DNA of 63,512 nt, the filler included, from Octopus bimaculoides (lineage: Eukaryota): NCBI RefSeq assembly GCF_001194135.2. It is 5 parts of 5 records of this genome, joined end to end, with 100 filler letters (N's around TTAATTAATTAA, not from the genome) between each part and the next. Parts side by side here need not be neighbours in the genome. Positions count along the whole stretch, not along the records: positions 10,290 to 39,465 come from NC_068988.1; positions 39,566 to 52,511 come from NC_068984.1; 3 more parts are not named here. The stretch is one strand, 5' to 3'. Numbering within the stretch: the first letter of the stretch is position 1; the number at the start of each line of letters is the position of its first letter. Position numbers and translations under genes: made by a program. Below, one piece after another: positions 37,057-51,249 of the stretch. A model generated the notes under the pieces. The model had not been told where the DNA came from, ran no database searches, and saw only the letters and a list, made by a program, of their open reading frames with translations.

Positions 37057-39153
37057 CTCTAGGTAGTGGTGTTGGCTGTATGCAAGCCCATTTTTTACCT
37101 CTGGGGAGAGGTGTTCCATATTACCTTGGTCGCCATCCTTTTTTTAACTGTCTAAGAAGAAACAGAGAGCGATACGTGGAAGGAGAGGGGAAGAGGGATT
37201 TATATCTTAAAGAAAGAAAGAAAGAAAGAAAGAAACAAAATATGAATCGGAACGCCTTTGATCATACGTTGGTACGTTTCTCTGTCAAATCTGATATAAA
37301 AACCATTTTTTAAGTGCTGTGCAGCCAGCCTTCACTCGTGAGTGAGAATGGCTTGGTAACATGTATCATAATTATGCTAATTGTTTTAGGTGTTTGTATA
37401 GCCTTGAGCAAACACCCCCAACTCACCCACGCATCTTTGGCCCAGCAGAACATCGAGGATGTCACAGCTGGGGAGAGAGAGAGGGGAGGTTACACCTGCA
37501 CTCTGGCTGAAGTGAAGAACCTTTCTGAATGACATAATGGTCCAAGAAGAGAAACCACAACCTTATAATCGCCAGCCGAACACCCCACTACCTACTAGGA
37601 CACGCGCCTTCACCTCATCTGATTAAAAAAAACCAAAACCAGTAACTTTCTTGTTGTAGATGGTAACTGAACTGGAACACAAAGATGCATCGTACACTCA
37701 ACATTGCCGTTGATATCTACTGTTAGGATTGCACAAATGATGTTTATTGTATGATATGGCATTTGAGTTCAAATCCTGCCCATGTCAACTTTATCTTGCA
37801 TCCCTCTAAGTTCGATAAAATGAAGTACCAGTCAAGGGTTAACAGTATCAACTAATCCTTCTTTCAGAATTGTTAGCCTTGTACCTATATTAAATATGAA
37901 GGCATCGAGGTGACAGAATAGTTAGAGCGTCGGAACAAATATTTTACAATATTTCTTCCCGCTCTTTACATTCTGAATTCAAGTCCCCCATATCCAACTT
38001 TAGGTCAACGGTAAAAATAAACTATCAGTCTAGTACTGCACTCAGTGATATTTACCACACCCCTATCCTCAAAATTACAGGCCATGTACCTAAATCAGGA
38101 ACCATGGTATAGTAAGGCGTTGGAGCACAATCTCGAGGTTCGTAAAGGAATTTCCTTAACTTCTTTGCTAAACAATGGTTGTATGTGTGTAGCGGGCTGG
38201 ATGTGATGTACCATATCAGGTCGATAGGATGTAGCCCACTACTGAATGTAGCGTATAGATGTAACGCTTCAAGGTTCTCGCGTCTGAGTAACCAGTAAAC
38301 ATCGAATAATCAACACCAAGAAGGAAGAAATATTATTTATATATATTTATTCGTTTGCCCGACATGTTAGAGATACAGTAGCAAAGTTGGCTCGCTGATT
38401 AGTAGTTGATGGTATAGAAAAAGGTTGTCTGTCAGTAGAGAGTGAAAGAGTAAGGAATCCACGGTGCTGACTAGAAAGGAAGAAAGGATAAAGGTGACAT
38501 CGTCTTTCTTGCGGCCGAAAGGGAAGTGTTGCTCTTGATCATCGTTGACGTAAAAGAGCGTGTTGCTCCTTGGTCTGACTGACACAAAAGATAGGGTTTT
38601 GCTCCTTGGTCATAGCTGACACATAAGAGGAAGCGATATGAAATTCTCTCTGTTATATATACTATGGTCAGTAAACCTTAAGCAAAGGCCTAACTTTCCT
38701 TGACCAGCACAGATCCTAGGTGGGGGTCGAGTGTTTCCTCATCAATCATCTGGTGTGGAGAGGATTTCCCGCTCGTTTTGACAAGCAACAAGCAGGTGGA
38801 TTTGGTTTCAAATCTCAGGCAAGGTCAAACTAGATCCCTACATGTGTTTCAATCCACGATATGTATAGTATTCTGGGAGGTGAGAGCGCAAAACGTTGTG
38901 ATGAGTTAGTGTTTCTATATTTAATGCTACAAACATTTAAAAACTAATCAGAAATAATTGTGCAATGAGAAAACGTCAAAACTATTTATTTGCTAATATT
39001 TTTTATAATTATTGTATCAAGTGCAGAAGACAAATCCGGACCAGTTTTAGACTTATATGAATCTTAAGCGAAACATAGACTTCACTGTACTTTGTTGAAA
39101 TAGTGATGAAAGAATCTTTGAGATGATGTACAATATTGTACAGGAGCATGCGT

Positions 39154-39385
39154 GGATCTTGTTCAAAACGGGGGCACCAGTATTTTCTTAACGAAACACT
39201 TTGAAACTTGGGACACTGGTAGAATGTGTCATATAAAACATCTTTTACTCTTAGTCTTCTTAACAAAAAAACGTACATCGCAAGTTATTTCATGTTAAAG
39301 TTGTCGTATTTCTGTAATTTCAACCAATGACTGACGTCCATTCAGCCGAATAAATTAAGTGCTGACTACGTAAACAAACGATTCT
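39154..39385. mobile_element. Partial copy of the 18.3 kb MITE family
   Basis: Reverse complement of about 18680-18910. Confidence 0.75.
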
Positions 39386-39939
39386 CGCGGTGATAAAATT
39401 ATTATTTCCTTGTCAAAAAATGGCTGAAGCATATTGGCAGTAGCTAATAAACCTTTCTATTATAGNNNNNNNNNNNNNNNNNNNNNNNNNNNNNNNNNNN
39501 NNNNNNNNNTTAATTAATTAANNNNNNNNNNNNNNNNNNNNNNNNNNNNNNNNNNNNNNNNNNNNATATATATATATATATATATACATACATACACATA
39601 TATATTATATATATGAATGTATGTATGTGTGTGTGTCTTCGTGTCTGTGATTGTTCCTCCACTACTGCTTGACAACAACCAGTGTTGGTGTGTTTACGTC
39701 CCTGTATCTTAGCGGTCGGCAAAATGGTTCGATGGAATAAGTACCAGGCTTTAAACTATGTACTGGGGTCGATTCATTCAACTAAAATTCTTCAAGGCAG
39801 GGCTCCTGTATAGCCACAGTCTAATGACTGAAACAAGTAAAAGATAAAAGATAAACGATCTATATACATATATAATCCACTATTCTCGTGTTAGGCCGAA
39901 AGGCTTTATTTATTTTCTTCCTACGTCATTTCAAATTAC

Positions 39940-40154
39940 ATTTGTTTACTTTCGTACATTTTTGGCGAAAGTATGTGTCTGCAAACAGGAAGTAATTGTC
40001 CCTCAATACCGCCAAATTCCACTCAGTGGCCACATAGACTCTTGCGCCAGAAACAAAAACCCTAAATTCATTATATTCCCTTTCTATCAATGTAAAGACA
40101 GAATCTCCACACAAGAAAGAATCAACAAGGAGAATCTTTTCATAGAGAAATTCC
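39940..40154 (+). mobile_element. Penelope-like GIY-YIG C-terminal fragment (different family)
   Basis: QIPLSGHIDSCA...PKFIIFPFYQC...QERINKENLFIEKF resembles Penelope endonuclease C-termini. Runs into a gap. Confidence 0.55.
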
Positions 40155-40399
40155 NNNNNNNNNNNNNNNNNNNNNNNNNNNNNNNNNNNNNNNNNNNNNN
40201 NNNNNNNNNNNNNNNNNNGGCTTCTTTTAGTTTTCGTCAACTAAATCCACTCACAAGGCTTTGTTCGGCCCGAAGCTATAGCAGAAGACACTTGCCCAAG
40301 GTGTCACCCAGTAGGACTGAACCCGAACTGAACCCATGTATGTATTACGCGCGCGAGCGTGTGCGTGCGCACGTAAATACATTTTCGGTTCGCATGTTT

Positions 40400-41170
40400 C
40401 AACCAAGATCGCTGGGAAATTTTTTGCCGCTTTGGATAAATGTTTTCTTAAATCTTATAGATACCATGCTATTTTTAATCGGCACACCGTGAAGGTATCC
40501 TACGCTAACTCTGCTAATTTAGAGCAGCATATGCACCTCATAAACAATAGAAAAATGCGACAACAATTCAATAATTCACCTACTGGATCTAGCAAACATA
40601 CGCATCCAAATACCAACCAAGGAGATGTAAACCGCAATGAAAAACACCAAATACGGCCAAATTGTGACAGTAGAAATTATTACGATATAGCTAACACGGT
40701 AAGAACGTCGCTAAATGAAGTCAGAACTGCAATATATACAAATAAATAGAATAAATACTCTTGTAGAGAAAAATCAAAATGCCCATTGATGAACCTCTGT
40801 ATGAGTACAAATCTTGTATATAAATGTACCGTGTACACAAGGAGAGGGCCGTGTGTTTATATTGGGCAGACGGCCGATACGTTGAAGAACCGTTATCGCA
40901 ACCATATCGCCAGCTTTAAGAGAATCAATAAGAAACATTCAACATCTTTGGCCGATTTTGTGTGGCGACTGAAGGAAGATAAAATTATGTATAACATAAC
41001 TTGATCCATAGTAAGACACGCAAGACCATACAATATCATTTCCAGGAGATGCCGATCCTGCTCCGAAGAATCCTTGTCTATTCTGTGGACCAATGTGAAG
41101 ATCATTAATAGAAAATTTTTGAAAGACTCTCAAGATGCCTGCATGTATATAAATGTACTTTCGCACAATG
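40400..41170 (+). mobile_element. Penelope-like element 3' remnant (GIY-YIG endonuclease)
   Basis: FNRHTVKVSY...NCPL..C...LVYKCTV...VYIGQT...KNRYRNHIASFK...HSTSLADFVWRLK, with stops. Confidence 0.8.
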
Positions 41171-43226
41171 CAATGGGAATGAATTTGAGTAACTGTTAAC
41201 ATAATTTACTTTAAGATGGGATCAATTAAGTTTAGCTTTAACCTCTCCATTCTTATAAACACAAAGTAGCTATTTAACTCGCTATGTGAACGTGTGTGCA
41301 CCAAACCACACGTGCGTACATGCTTACATCTTCGTGGATGCTTGTATGAGCGAGTGTACATGCGCCGTGCAGCTTGCGCGAGGGCGTTTATACATCCATA
41401 TCTGTTAACGGGTATTTTAAGCACTTTTCCATTGTATTGCGTGTTCGTTTCTTTTTTTGCATCTGTTATTTTATTTTTGAACTTCTATATAAATGAAGAT
41501 ATATCCTTTGTTTTGTTGCTTTTGTTTACACGAAATGAGAAGATACATTGCGGAACTGTTATTTTAAAGAGACACCGGATGCTTCTGAACTAGTTGTTAA
41601 GTATCCTACTCGTGAGGGATCGATGCTAGATATGTCGAAAACACACGCGCGCGCACACATACGCACACGCAGACACACACACACAGAGTTTTATTAAAAC
41701 AGTTGCATTCACTTTGTTAACTGTTACGATCATCAGACAGTCGTGAACCATAATAGGATCTTTTTCAGTTTGGCTGCCAAGGTTTCAAAAATCAAAGTTC
41801 ATCGAAAATTTTAAAATTTGGTACATTAATATAGTTTTCCGAGCTGAAATGCTAAAATTATTTCAATTTTCCCAGAAAAAAAAAAGCAAACAAAAATTAA
41901 GTTATAGAGGTTTAAAGTTTGATCATTTTCACCCAGTCACGAAACAGGATTTGGAAGCTGTCATTTTGTGCGTGACAGCACATTTTGTCAACATCCTGAA
42001 AATAGTACGTGTTGTCAATATTTGTATTCTACACGCGGAAAATGAGTAAACAACACGTCTTTTGTAGTTTTAAGCATTCAATATGCATTTAATGTGATAA
42101 ACAGCACATTATAAATCAAATATTTTTAAAAATAACATTTAAGCATTCAATATGCACGTCGGTGGGTAAAATAGTGGAACACAGCGTCAACAAGTGGTTT
42201 CACTATATTTGTCAACACGTGCTTTCTCGCAGACAAAAGAGTTCTCATGTTCAGCTTGTTACTATGGAAACAGACATGAATGTGTCTATGGCTTACGATT
42301 GGCTAAAATTACACCAAATTTTCAAACTTTTGCTTATTGATTTATAACAAAAATGATTTTCATGGCATTCATTGGCCAATAAAAGTGTATCATTGCACTG
42401 AATATGAAATCAATTCGAATACAATTTGAAACTGGCAGCCAAACGGAAAAGATCCCCATAATACAATAAGTGGTGGGGATGGGGGATAAAAGAGCTTTGT
42501 GGAAACAGGTATGGAAAACTTGTGAGGCCGATAAAATGCGTACCGGCTTAGTAAAGGGGCTGATTCCTTCGACTAAAATTTCTCAAGTTGGTTCCCTAGC
42601 ATGGCCACTGTGTAATAACTGAAACAAGCAAAAGACAAATGACAAAAGATACTCTTATAAGCGCTTTCACTGTTGCTGGAAGTTTTCAAAGCTGGTGAAA
42701 TATTGACTATAATGCGTTATATATATATTATGGAGAATGTTTGCTGTTTGTTGAAAAATAACAGGAATTCAAATACTTTTAATAAATCCGTTTCCTTGTG
42801 GCTGGATAGTATTTACGATTAGGTTGTTAAAATAATCGATCACCTGTTTGGTATTTTGTATCTGTATGCATGCCTATTTGTGTGTGTGTGTGTGTGTGTG
42901 TATTTGTGTATGTATTTGTGTGTGTGTGTTTGTGTGTGTGTTGAATGTTTAGACAAAGGATAAATGAGCTTTTGGGGGGAATAGACACTTTAAGCAGCTT
43001 CGGTGGCCAAAGAGCCAGCTGTTTATTGATTTTAGTGTATATAAAGAAACGTCAGCTATTTGTTGAAGAATAAGACAAAGAACAAAAGATTTCTCGCCGG
43101 TTGTTTTAGCGACGAGTTAGTTCAGAAATGTCTAACTGTTTATCAATTTCAATAAATTGCTAGTTCTAAATCAAGGAAGTCATTAAACGGTTGACTGGTT
43201 TTTGTTCAAGACATGTGATTTATCTA

Positions 43227-43294
<68 letters not shown>

Positions 43295-44340
43295 AGCTTG
43301 AGTATAACTTTGAGCAAGTGCGTGTCTTTTGTTGCTTATGTGTGCGCACGCGCGGTTTCTGTGGTGACTATATCGTTTAGCTTTTACTTGTTTCAGGTTT
43401 TAGACTACGCCCATGCTGGGCTCCGTTTCAAAAGGTTTTCGGCGGGCATTGTTTAGAAATTATATTGTTCTCTGATTTCTTTTAGTAACGATAATAACAT
43501 CAACCGAACAAACTAAGTCACCACTTGATATCAATGATGTTGATGTTACTGCTATTAGAACAAAAAATCACTTTCCAATGTTAAATTCAACAATTTATTC
43601 AAATTAATTAACAGGTAGACATTTCGAGACATTTCAATAGTCACCACACATAGAAATTCAAAACACCAAGCAGGTGGTCATACAGTTTAACTGGCCGTTC
43701 CTGAACACACTTTATCCAATACCCAGACACAAGTAAACAACTTTATTAAAAATATTTGAATCTATGATACTTTTCAACAAAAAGCTGACACCCTTCACCC
43801 CCCCCCCCACACACACATACACACGTACACACGCACGCACACATACATGTATATGTATATATATATANNNNNNNNNNNNNNNNNNNNNNNNNNNNNNNNN
43901 NNNNNNNNNNNNNNNNNNNNNNNNNNNNNNNNNNNNNNNNNNNNNNNNNNNNNNNNNNNNNNNNNNNNNNNNNNNNNNNNNNNNNNNNNNNNNNNNNNNN
44001 NNNNNNNNNNNNNNNNNNNNNNNNNNNNNNNNNNNNNNNNNNNNNNNNNNNNNNNNNNNNNNNNNNNNNNNNNNNNNNNNNNNNNNNNNNNNNNNNNNNN
44101 NNNNNNNNNNNNNNNNNNNNNNNNNNNNNNNNNNNNNNNNNNNNNNNNNNNNNNNNNNNNNNNNNNNNNNNNNNNNNNNNNNNNNNNNNNNNNNNNNNNN
44201 NNNNNNNNNNNNNNNNNNNNNNNNNNNNNNNNNNNNNNNNNNNNNNNNNNNNNNNNNNNNNNNNNNNNNNNNNNNNNNNNNNNNNNNNNNNNNNNNNNNN
44301 NNNNNNNNNNNNNNNNNNNNNNNNNNNNNNNNNNNNNNNN

Positions 44341-45000
44341 TATAGGTTTGTATATTCGTTTTGCAAGATTATTGATGTGAATTCGTGTGTTGAAACAGAT
44401 GTTGTATTTGGGGATGGTCATATTGCCAGTTTAGCCAATGAAAACTTGCGCACTATATATTTGGTGTTAATTTGCTTCAGCTTTATTTTATATTAATTGC
44501 ATGTCGGCCAGAGTTATTTCGTCACACTTCTGTGACCTCATCAGTGGTACTTTGATTTCTTCTTTCTTTTTTTGTGTCTCTCCTTACTAACGATCTGCCA
44601 TTTTGTTTTCCTGTTGTATGTGTCTTTATTTGCGCATGCGTATATCCCTGTATGTGTCTTTATTTGAGCATGCGTATATCCCTCTGTGTGTCTATGCTTA
44701 GTAAGTGTGTGTGTGGGAATGTGTATGGTACCCGCATTATCAGTATCCTCTGTTTATTCACGTTCGTTTAACTTACTTTTATTTATTTTATTCATTTGTT
44801 TTATCTACTTACTTTTTCATTTCTTTATTTTTTGTATTAATTTAATTTAATTTAATTTTTTTTTTGTATATAATTATTTAATTCCATTTATTTATCTGTG
44901 TATACAGTTAATATAAAATAAAGCTGAGCAAGTAAACACCGAATATATAGTGCGTGTTTTCATTGGCTAAACTGGCAACATGACCATCTCTAAATGCAAC
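44341..45000. mobile_element. Non-autonomous Penelope-like (pLTR-type) repeat with inverted ~90-bp arms and a hammerhead
   Basis: About 44404-44490 is the reverse complement of about 44909-44995 (taaagctga...cattggctaaactggcaa..atgaccatc). The same unit occurs at about 8600-8817. The Penelope affiliation is inferred from the hammerhead association. Confidence 0.5.
44505..44550 (-). ncRNA. Candidate minimal type I hammerhead ribozyme
   Basis: The minus strand reads CCA-CTGATGA-G-GTCACA-GAAG-TGTGAC-GAAA-TAAC-TC-TGG. This gives the conserved core CUGAUGA/GAAA, a perfect 6-bp stem II, a minimal stem III, a CUC cleavage triplet and a CCA/UGG stem I. Confidence 0.6.
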
Positions 45001-45528
45001 AATATATATATATATATATATACATANNNNNNNNNNNNNNNNNNNNNNNNNNNNNNNNNNNNNNNNNNNNNNNNNNNNNNNNNNNNNNNNNNNNNNNNNN
45101 NNNNNNNNNNNNNNNNNNNNNNNNNNNNNNNNNNNNNNNNNNNNNNNNNNNNNNNNNNNNNNNNNNNNNNNNNNNNNNNNNNNNNNNNNNNNNNNNNNNN
45201 NNNNNNNNNNNNNNNNNNNNNNNNNNNNNNNNNNNNNNNNNNNNNNNNNNNNNNNNNNNNNNNNNNNNNNNNNNNNNNNNNNNNNNNNNNNNNNNNNNNN
45301 NNNNNNNNNNNNNNNNNNNNNNNNNNNNNNNNNNNNNNNNNNNNNNNNNNNNNNNNNNNNNNNNNNNNNNNNNNNNNNNNNNNNNNNNNNNNNNNNNNNN
45401 NNNNNNNNNNNNNNNNNNNNNNNNNNNNNNNNNNNNNNNNNNNNNNNNNNNNNNNNNNNNNNNNNNNNNNNNNNNNNNNNNNNNNNNNNNNNNNNNNNNN
45501 NNNNNNNNNNNNNNNNNNNNNNNNNNNN

Positions 45529-45927
45529 TATCTCTTTTACTCTTTTACTTGTTTCAGTCTTTTGACTGTGGCCATGCTGGAGCACCGCCTTTAGTCGAGC
45601 AAATCGACCCCAGGACTTATTCTTTGGAAGCCTAGTACTTATTCTATCGGACTCTTTGCCGAACCGCTAAGTTACGGGGACGTAAACACACCAGCATCGG
45701 TTGTCAAGCGATGTTAGGGGGACAAACACTGACACACAAACACACACACACATACATATATATACATATATACGACAGGCTTCTTTCAGTTTCCGTCTAC
45801 CAAATCCACTCACAAGGCTTTGGTCGGCCCGAGGCTATAGCAGAAGACACTTGCCGAAGGTGCCACGCAGTGGGACTGAACCCGGAACCATGTGGTTGGT
45901 AAGCAAGCTACTTACCACACAGCCACT
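45529..45927 (-). mobile_element. tRNA-derived SINE (family B) with a central (CA)n
   Basis: Head gagtggctgtgtggtaagtagcttgct...gggttcagtcccactgcgtggcaccttcggcaagtgtc and tail ...gactgaaacaagtaaaagagtaaaagag. Related copies lie at about 9810-10190(+), 11050-11230(-), 23215-23545(+), 24560-24720(+), 39640-39850(+), 40219-40335(-), 56775-57450(-) and 61795-62625(-). Confidence 0.85.
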
Positions 45928-46955
45928 CATGAGCCTATAATTATTAATTCTATTATTCTATTATTAATTTTTTTTTTTTGCAGTTGCTCGTTCTTGCAGA
46001 GTCTTTCCTCTCGATGCCACCGATGCTTATCCAAGGGAAACGCCATCGCTTTAAGGCCGATACGGACTGGCACAAGTGTCGTAGCAGACTAACATTGTTG
46101 TGTACCGATAAAGATACTGCGAAGCATCTTGCTCCAACATTCTAACAATTTTTGCAACAATCAGCTGCCCTGAATTGGTACTTTATATATATATATATGG
46201 AACAAAAACGCAATAGAGGGCATTAAAAATTTCAGACAGATATACGATACAAAGGTGGACAAGAGAAACAACAATTAGAAGGGCAGACAAAAAAAGACGG
46301 GTTTCTTTCCTCAGTCAAGTCCCAGAAGTCACGTCCATTTCGAGCAGTTACACTATATATACAGAGAGAGAGAGAGAGAGACTGGGAAAAGATAACTACA
46401 AAAATTGAACATGGCGAGAAAATATCGTGAGGCATTCTATTGAACGATCAAATATCTTTACCAATTCGTCTCCTTAAGTTGCAAAGTATTTATTAATATA
46501 GGATGCTGTAGATAAATTTTGTAGATAAATTTTGAATTCCATGTTTAATGTTGATTTCGTTGCTTCTATCGCGCTCGTAAACATTTTTATAATCGCATTG
46601 AGAATATTTTATATCATCGCTTTCTGCAATAGGATATACATAAACAATCAAATTGTTATATATCCATGTTTGCAAACCTGCCGATTGAAATAACGTGTCT
46701 ATTTTCCGTATACGGATATTTAACTGGTTGCTACAAAAATGATCATGTTCTGTGAACACGTACAAACAATTACGCGTTTATGTCTATAAGTATTTGGCTA
46801 TATTATTAAGCGATTCTTCGTTTAAGCCGCACTTGTAAAATCATTATATTATAAAAGCTTACTGTGAGATATTTAATCTATGAAAAATGGCCATTCTCAT
46901 TGCCGCTTGTTGTGGAGAAAATTCTTTCTTTATTGTGACTTCAATATTACATATA

Positions 46956-47823
46956 CGAGGGGGTACCCAAAAGAAACGGGTATTTTACAATATTATTTTA
47001 TTCATTTAGTTTTACACGTTTCCACTTTTATCGCCTTCAAAGTATTCTCCAGTTGGAGCAATGCATCAGTCCAGGCGCGTTTTCCACTATTCTAAGTGAT
47101 GCCGTTTTTTCCTTCACCTCTTCCACATCTGCAAATTCCTTAGCATCAGCTTTCGTCACCAGTGATGACCTTCGAAAAAAGGTCCGGATCAACTTCCAAC
47201 TGTTCTTTCAGTTCACAGCATGCATTCAGTCGTGACTGATTTTGATCTTCCGTGAGCAAGTGAGGCACACATTTTGCTGCAACTCTTTACATTCGCAATT
47301 CCTTGCTATAAAATTCCTTGGTAGGAGTTACAGGACAAACCAGTCATATAAACAAGTTCATCAATTGTTCGGTGACGGTTCTTTAAGATCAGTTCATGAA
47401 TTTTCATGATGATTTCATTCGTTCGGGAGGTCGACAGTCGTCCCGAACAAGGTTGATACTCAGGCAACAAGTGACCATTCTTAAAGCGTGGAGATCACTC
47501 GTAAACTTGTGTTTTGCTCATGGTAGCGTCCTTGTAAACTGTTTGAAGTATGACAACTGTTTCGGGCGCCATTTCCCGTGTAGAAAACAGAATTTCATGG
47601 AAGTGCTCTGTTCCTTCCTTTCAGCAATCGCGAAAATCGACGAACAGGGGAGAAGCACTGCAAAACAAAGACGCACCACGTAACAGTACGAATTCACCAG
47701 ACGACGCCGGTTGGCAGACTGATGCCTGAGGGTTGCATCAAGTGGCATCTAGCGGCGGAAGCCTGAAATGCAACGAGTTTGTCCCACAGAGAAGGTTTCC
47801 GGTTACTTTTGCGTACCCCCTTG
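46956..47823 (-). mobile_element. Degenerate mariner with TIRs and TA TSD
   Basis: ta|cgagggggtacccaaaag ... cttttgcgtacccccttg|ta. The minus strand has remnants ERKEQ..SMKFCFLHGK..ETV.ILQTVYKD of a mariner N-terminus. Confidence 0.85.
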
Positions 47824-48561
47824 TATGTATGTGTACGTGTTAATGAGTGCGTGTATACGTATGTATGTATGCATTTATCCGTATACATATATGTTTGTCT
47901 GTGTATTACATATAAGCAAGTGTCGAAATCAGAATAAGCAGACAGCGCGCCTATGAGACAAAAAATGTATTGGCGAGTGAATCTATGTCAGTCAGTAAAA
48001 CAGCTTTCTTCTCGGTGTAGCCTAGGATATTTGCTTTTGTAAAAGCGTAAAAGCAGTACCATCGAAGACGTGCGAATTCTGGTCTATGTATGCTGTGTCC
48101 ATAAAACTGAGCAGTATAACATTCTGAATGTTATTTATGCTTTTAAAGACAAGTTAGTGCTCAGAGCCGAGGTATTTTCTGATTTTGAAAATTTGAAAGG
48201 ACTGACGTTTCAAACACAACTTTTACACACACACACACACACACACACGCTCACACAGAATATATATAAGGAAATATATATGTATACATGTATCTTACTA
48301 TGTACACTCATACACACACACACTTATGCATATACATATATACATAGATGCATATACATATATGCGTACAAACATGCATAATGCCTCTCCCAAGGTTTAA
48401 TTGTATGCATAAGCACATTCGTACATAAATACATACATACATACATACATACATACATACATAAAATCAAATTATGCGTATAAGAAAACACCCTTTATAG
48501 TTGGAGCATCGCCAAATATCCCACCAGATAAGTATGAGATTTATATCTACTAAGTGTTTCC

Positions 48562-48601
<40 letters not shown>

Positions 48602-48892
48602 NNNNNNNNNNNNNNNNNNNNNNNNNNNNNNNNNNNNNNNNNNNNNNNNNNNNNNNNNNNNNNNNNNNNNNNNNNNNNNNNNNNNNNNNNNNNNNNNNNN
48701 NNNNNNNNNNNNNNNNNNNNNNNNNNNNNNNNNNNNNNNNNNNNNNNNNNNNNNNNNNNNNNNNNNNNNNNNNNNNNNNNNNNNNNNNNNNNNNNNNNNN
48801 NNNNNNNNNNNNNNNNNNNNNNNNNNNNNNNNNNNNNNNNNNNNNNNNNNNNNNNNNNNNNNNNNNNNNNNNNNNNNNNNNNNNNNNNNNNN

Positions 48893-48964
<72 letters not shown>

Positions 48965-49047
48965 GTACACATATATATACATACATACATACGTATATAT
49001 GTATATATACGTACGTATATATTAGGTTGTTATATATATACACACAT

Positions 49048-49082
<35 letters not shown>

Positions 49083-49107
49083 ACATACATACACACATGT
49101 GTGTACA

Positions 49108-49156
<49 letters not shown>

Positions 49157-49923
49157 CCAAACCTTAGAAACTCGATCTGTTCATCTCAGAGTGGGTATGG
49201 CAGTCAGTGCCATCTGCAGTACTAAAGAAGCGGATCCCCACCACCATTGAAATATAACAAAATATCATTATTCGTTGGCGTGCGGGAATCCTAGGATCCA
49301 GTGCTGTTGGGTACAGAACACATATCTTAAGATGACATCGATCACAATCACCTTTGGAAACAGTAGTAGCAGTGTAAAGGTGACAACTGTTCGGCGTGGC
49401 TTGCTCTGCAGAGCCTTGAGTCCTCTAACAGATATGATTAAAAGAGGACTGACTAACGAATGTATCTCTACACGGTCGCTCGATCTGCAATAAATAACAG
49501 CCAAATCTTTAAATCGCAAGAACAGTATTTTAAGGAAAAGAGGATTGGATAATGTAGTCCTGGGAGTACAAGAGCTTCAAAAAGAAAAATGAAAAATGAC
49601 ATGGTAGTCATGGCTGGAGTGTCGTTTATGTTAAGTCGGTTTAGTCGGAGGTATTTCCCTGAAGCTACAGAGGCAGCGGTAATTAGGAGAAGTGAATATA
49701 ACAGGTGAATATTTGCAGGTATATGTGTATTATGTATGTGTGTATATCTGTCTATCTGTGTGCATGTGGATGAATGTGGTTGGTGTGTGCCTTGTGTATT
49801 GTATAAGTGTATGTCTGTGCGCGTGCGTGTATATATGTGCGTGCGTGTGTGGGCCAGTTTGTATGCCTGTATGTCTGTAGCAATCTAGAAATTGCATCTT
49901 TTAAATCGACAGATACCTTCCAC

Positions 49924-50003
<80 letters not shown>

Positions 50004-50170
50004 NNNNNNNNNNNNNNNNNNNNNNNNNNNNNNNNNNNNNNNNNNNNNNNNNNNNNNNNNNNNNNNNNNNNNNNNNNNNNNNNNNNNNNNNNNNNNNNNN
50101 NNNNNNNNNNNNNNNNNNNNNNNNNNNNNNNNNNNNNNNNNNNNNNNNNNNNNNNNNNNNNNNNNNNNNN

Positions 50171-50218
<48 letters not shown>

Positions 50219-50246
50219 GCTCTCTCTCTCTCTTTCACAAACATGC

Positions 50247-50292
<46 letters not shown>

Positions 50293-50373
50293 ATGTATGT
50301 TCGTGAGGGATATGTGTGTCACTGTGTGCGTATGTAAGAACGAGTTTGCATTTGGGTATATATATATATACAT

Positions 50374-50408
<35 letters not shown>

Positions 50409-51249
50409 CATACATGCATGCAAGTATGTATTTATGTATATATATATGTGTGTATATAGTATGTGCATGGTGGGGTGTGAGTGTTTACATGAAAACAATA
50501 ATGGAAAGTAACAGTAAGAATAACTTTGCAACAGAGAGTAGAAAAAGAAAGAGACAAAGAGAGAGAGAAAGAGAAAGACAGTGAGACAGAGAAAGATGGT
50601 GAGACAGAGAGGGTGGGCGCGAACAAGTGAAAGAAAGAGAGAGACACAGCGACGAGAGAGCAAGAGAAAGGGAGGGAGAGAGAGAGAGAGAGAGAGAGAG
50701 AAAGAAAGGAAGAAAGAAAGAAAGAACAAGAAAGGTGGTAGATTATGGTTGTAGGAATTCAGTCGCTATCATACATTCAGTAGATGTCGGCAGCCATTTA
50801 ATTGCGTCAGCAAAAATTATCTGTTAAACACGAAGCCAATCTTCAGATATTTTTTAGTATTTTCAAGAGCATTCCATAAGTCAGAACGAAAAGTTAAGGA
50901 AAACTGCACACTCTAATGATGACGATGGCGGTTGTGTGGTTTTTGTTGATGCTGATGAAGAGAACGATAAAGACGGCGACAATGATGAAGATGGTGACGA
51001 CGACGACGACGACGATGAAGGTGGCGTTGGTGGCAATGATAACGACGATTATGATTACGATTATGGTGAATACGGCTTCAATATTAACAAGTACGCCATA
51101 GCTACGTGTACCAGAGTGCACCACTGAAACTTCGTTATGTGTTTCAAGGAAGAATCTCACTAAAGTGAATCGATAACATGCACGTACAGGAATGAATAAG
51201 ACTCCTGATGGCGACAAGAGATGAAGACGAACGCAACATAGTAAGACCA

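Noticed and set aside
49268-49519. Minus-strand ORF with an acceptor-like site, tested as the next OPLAH exon
   Set aside because: No frame matches the expected [21 protein letters not shown] sequence.
50894-51127. Acidic D-rich ORF
   Set aside because: It is a degenerate (GAY)n simple repeat without flanking splice signals or homology.
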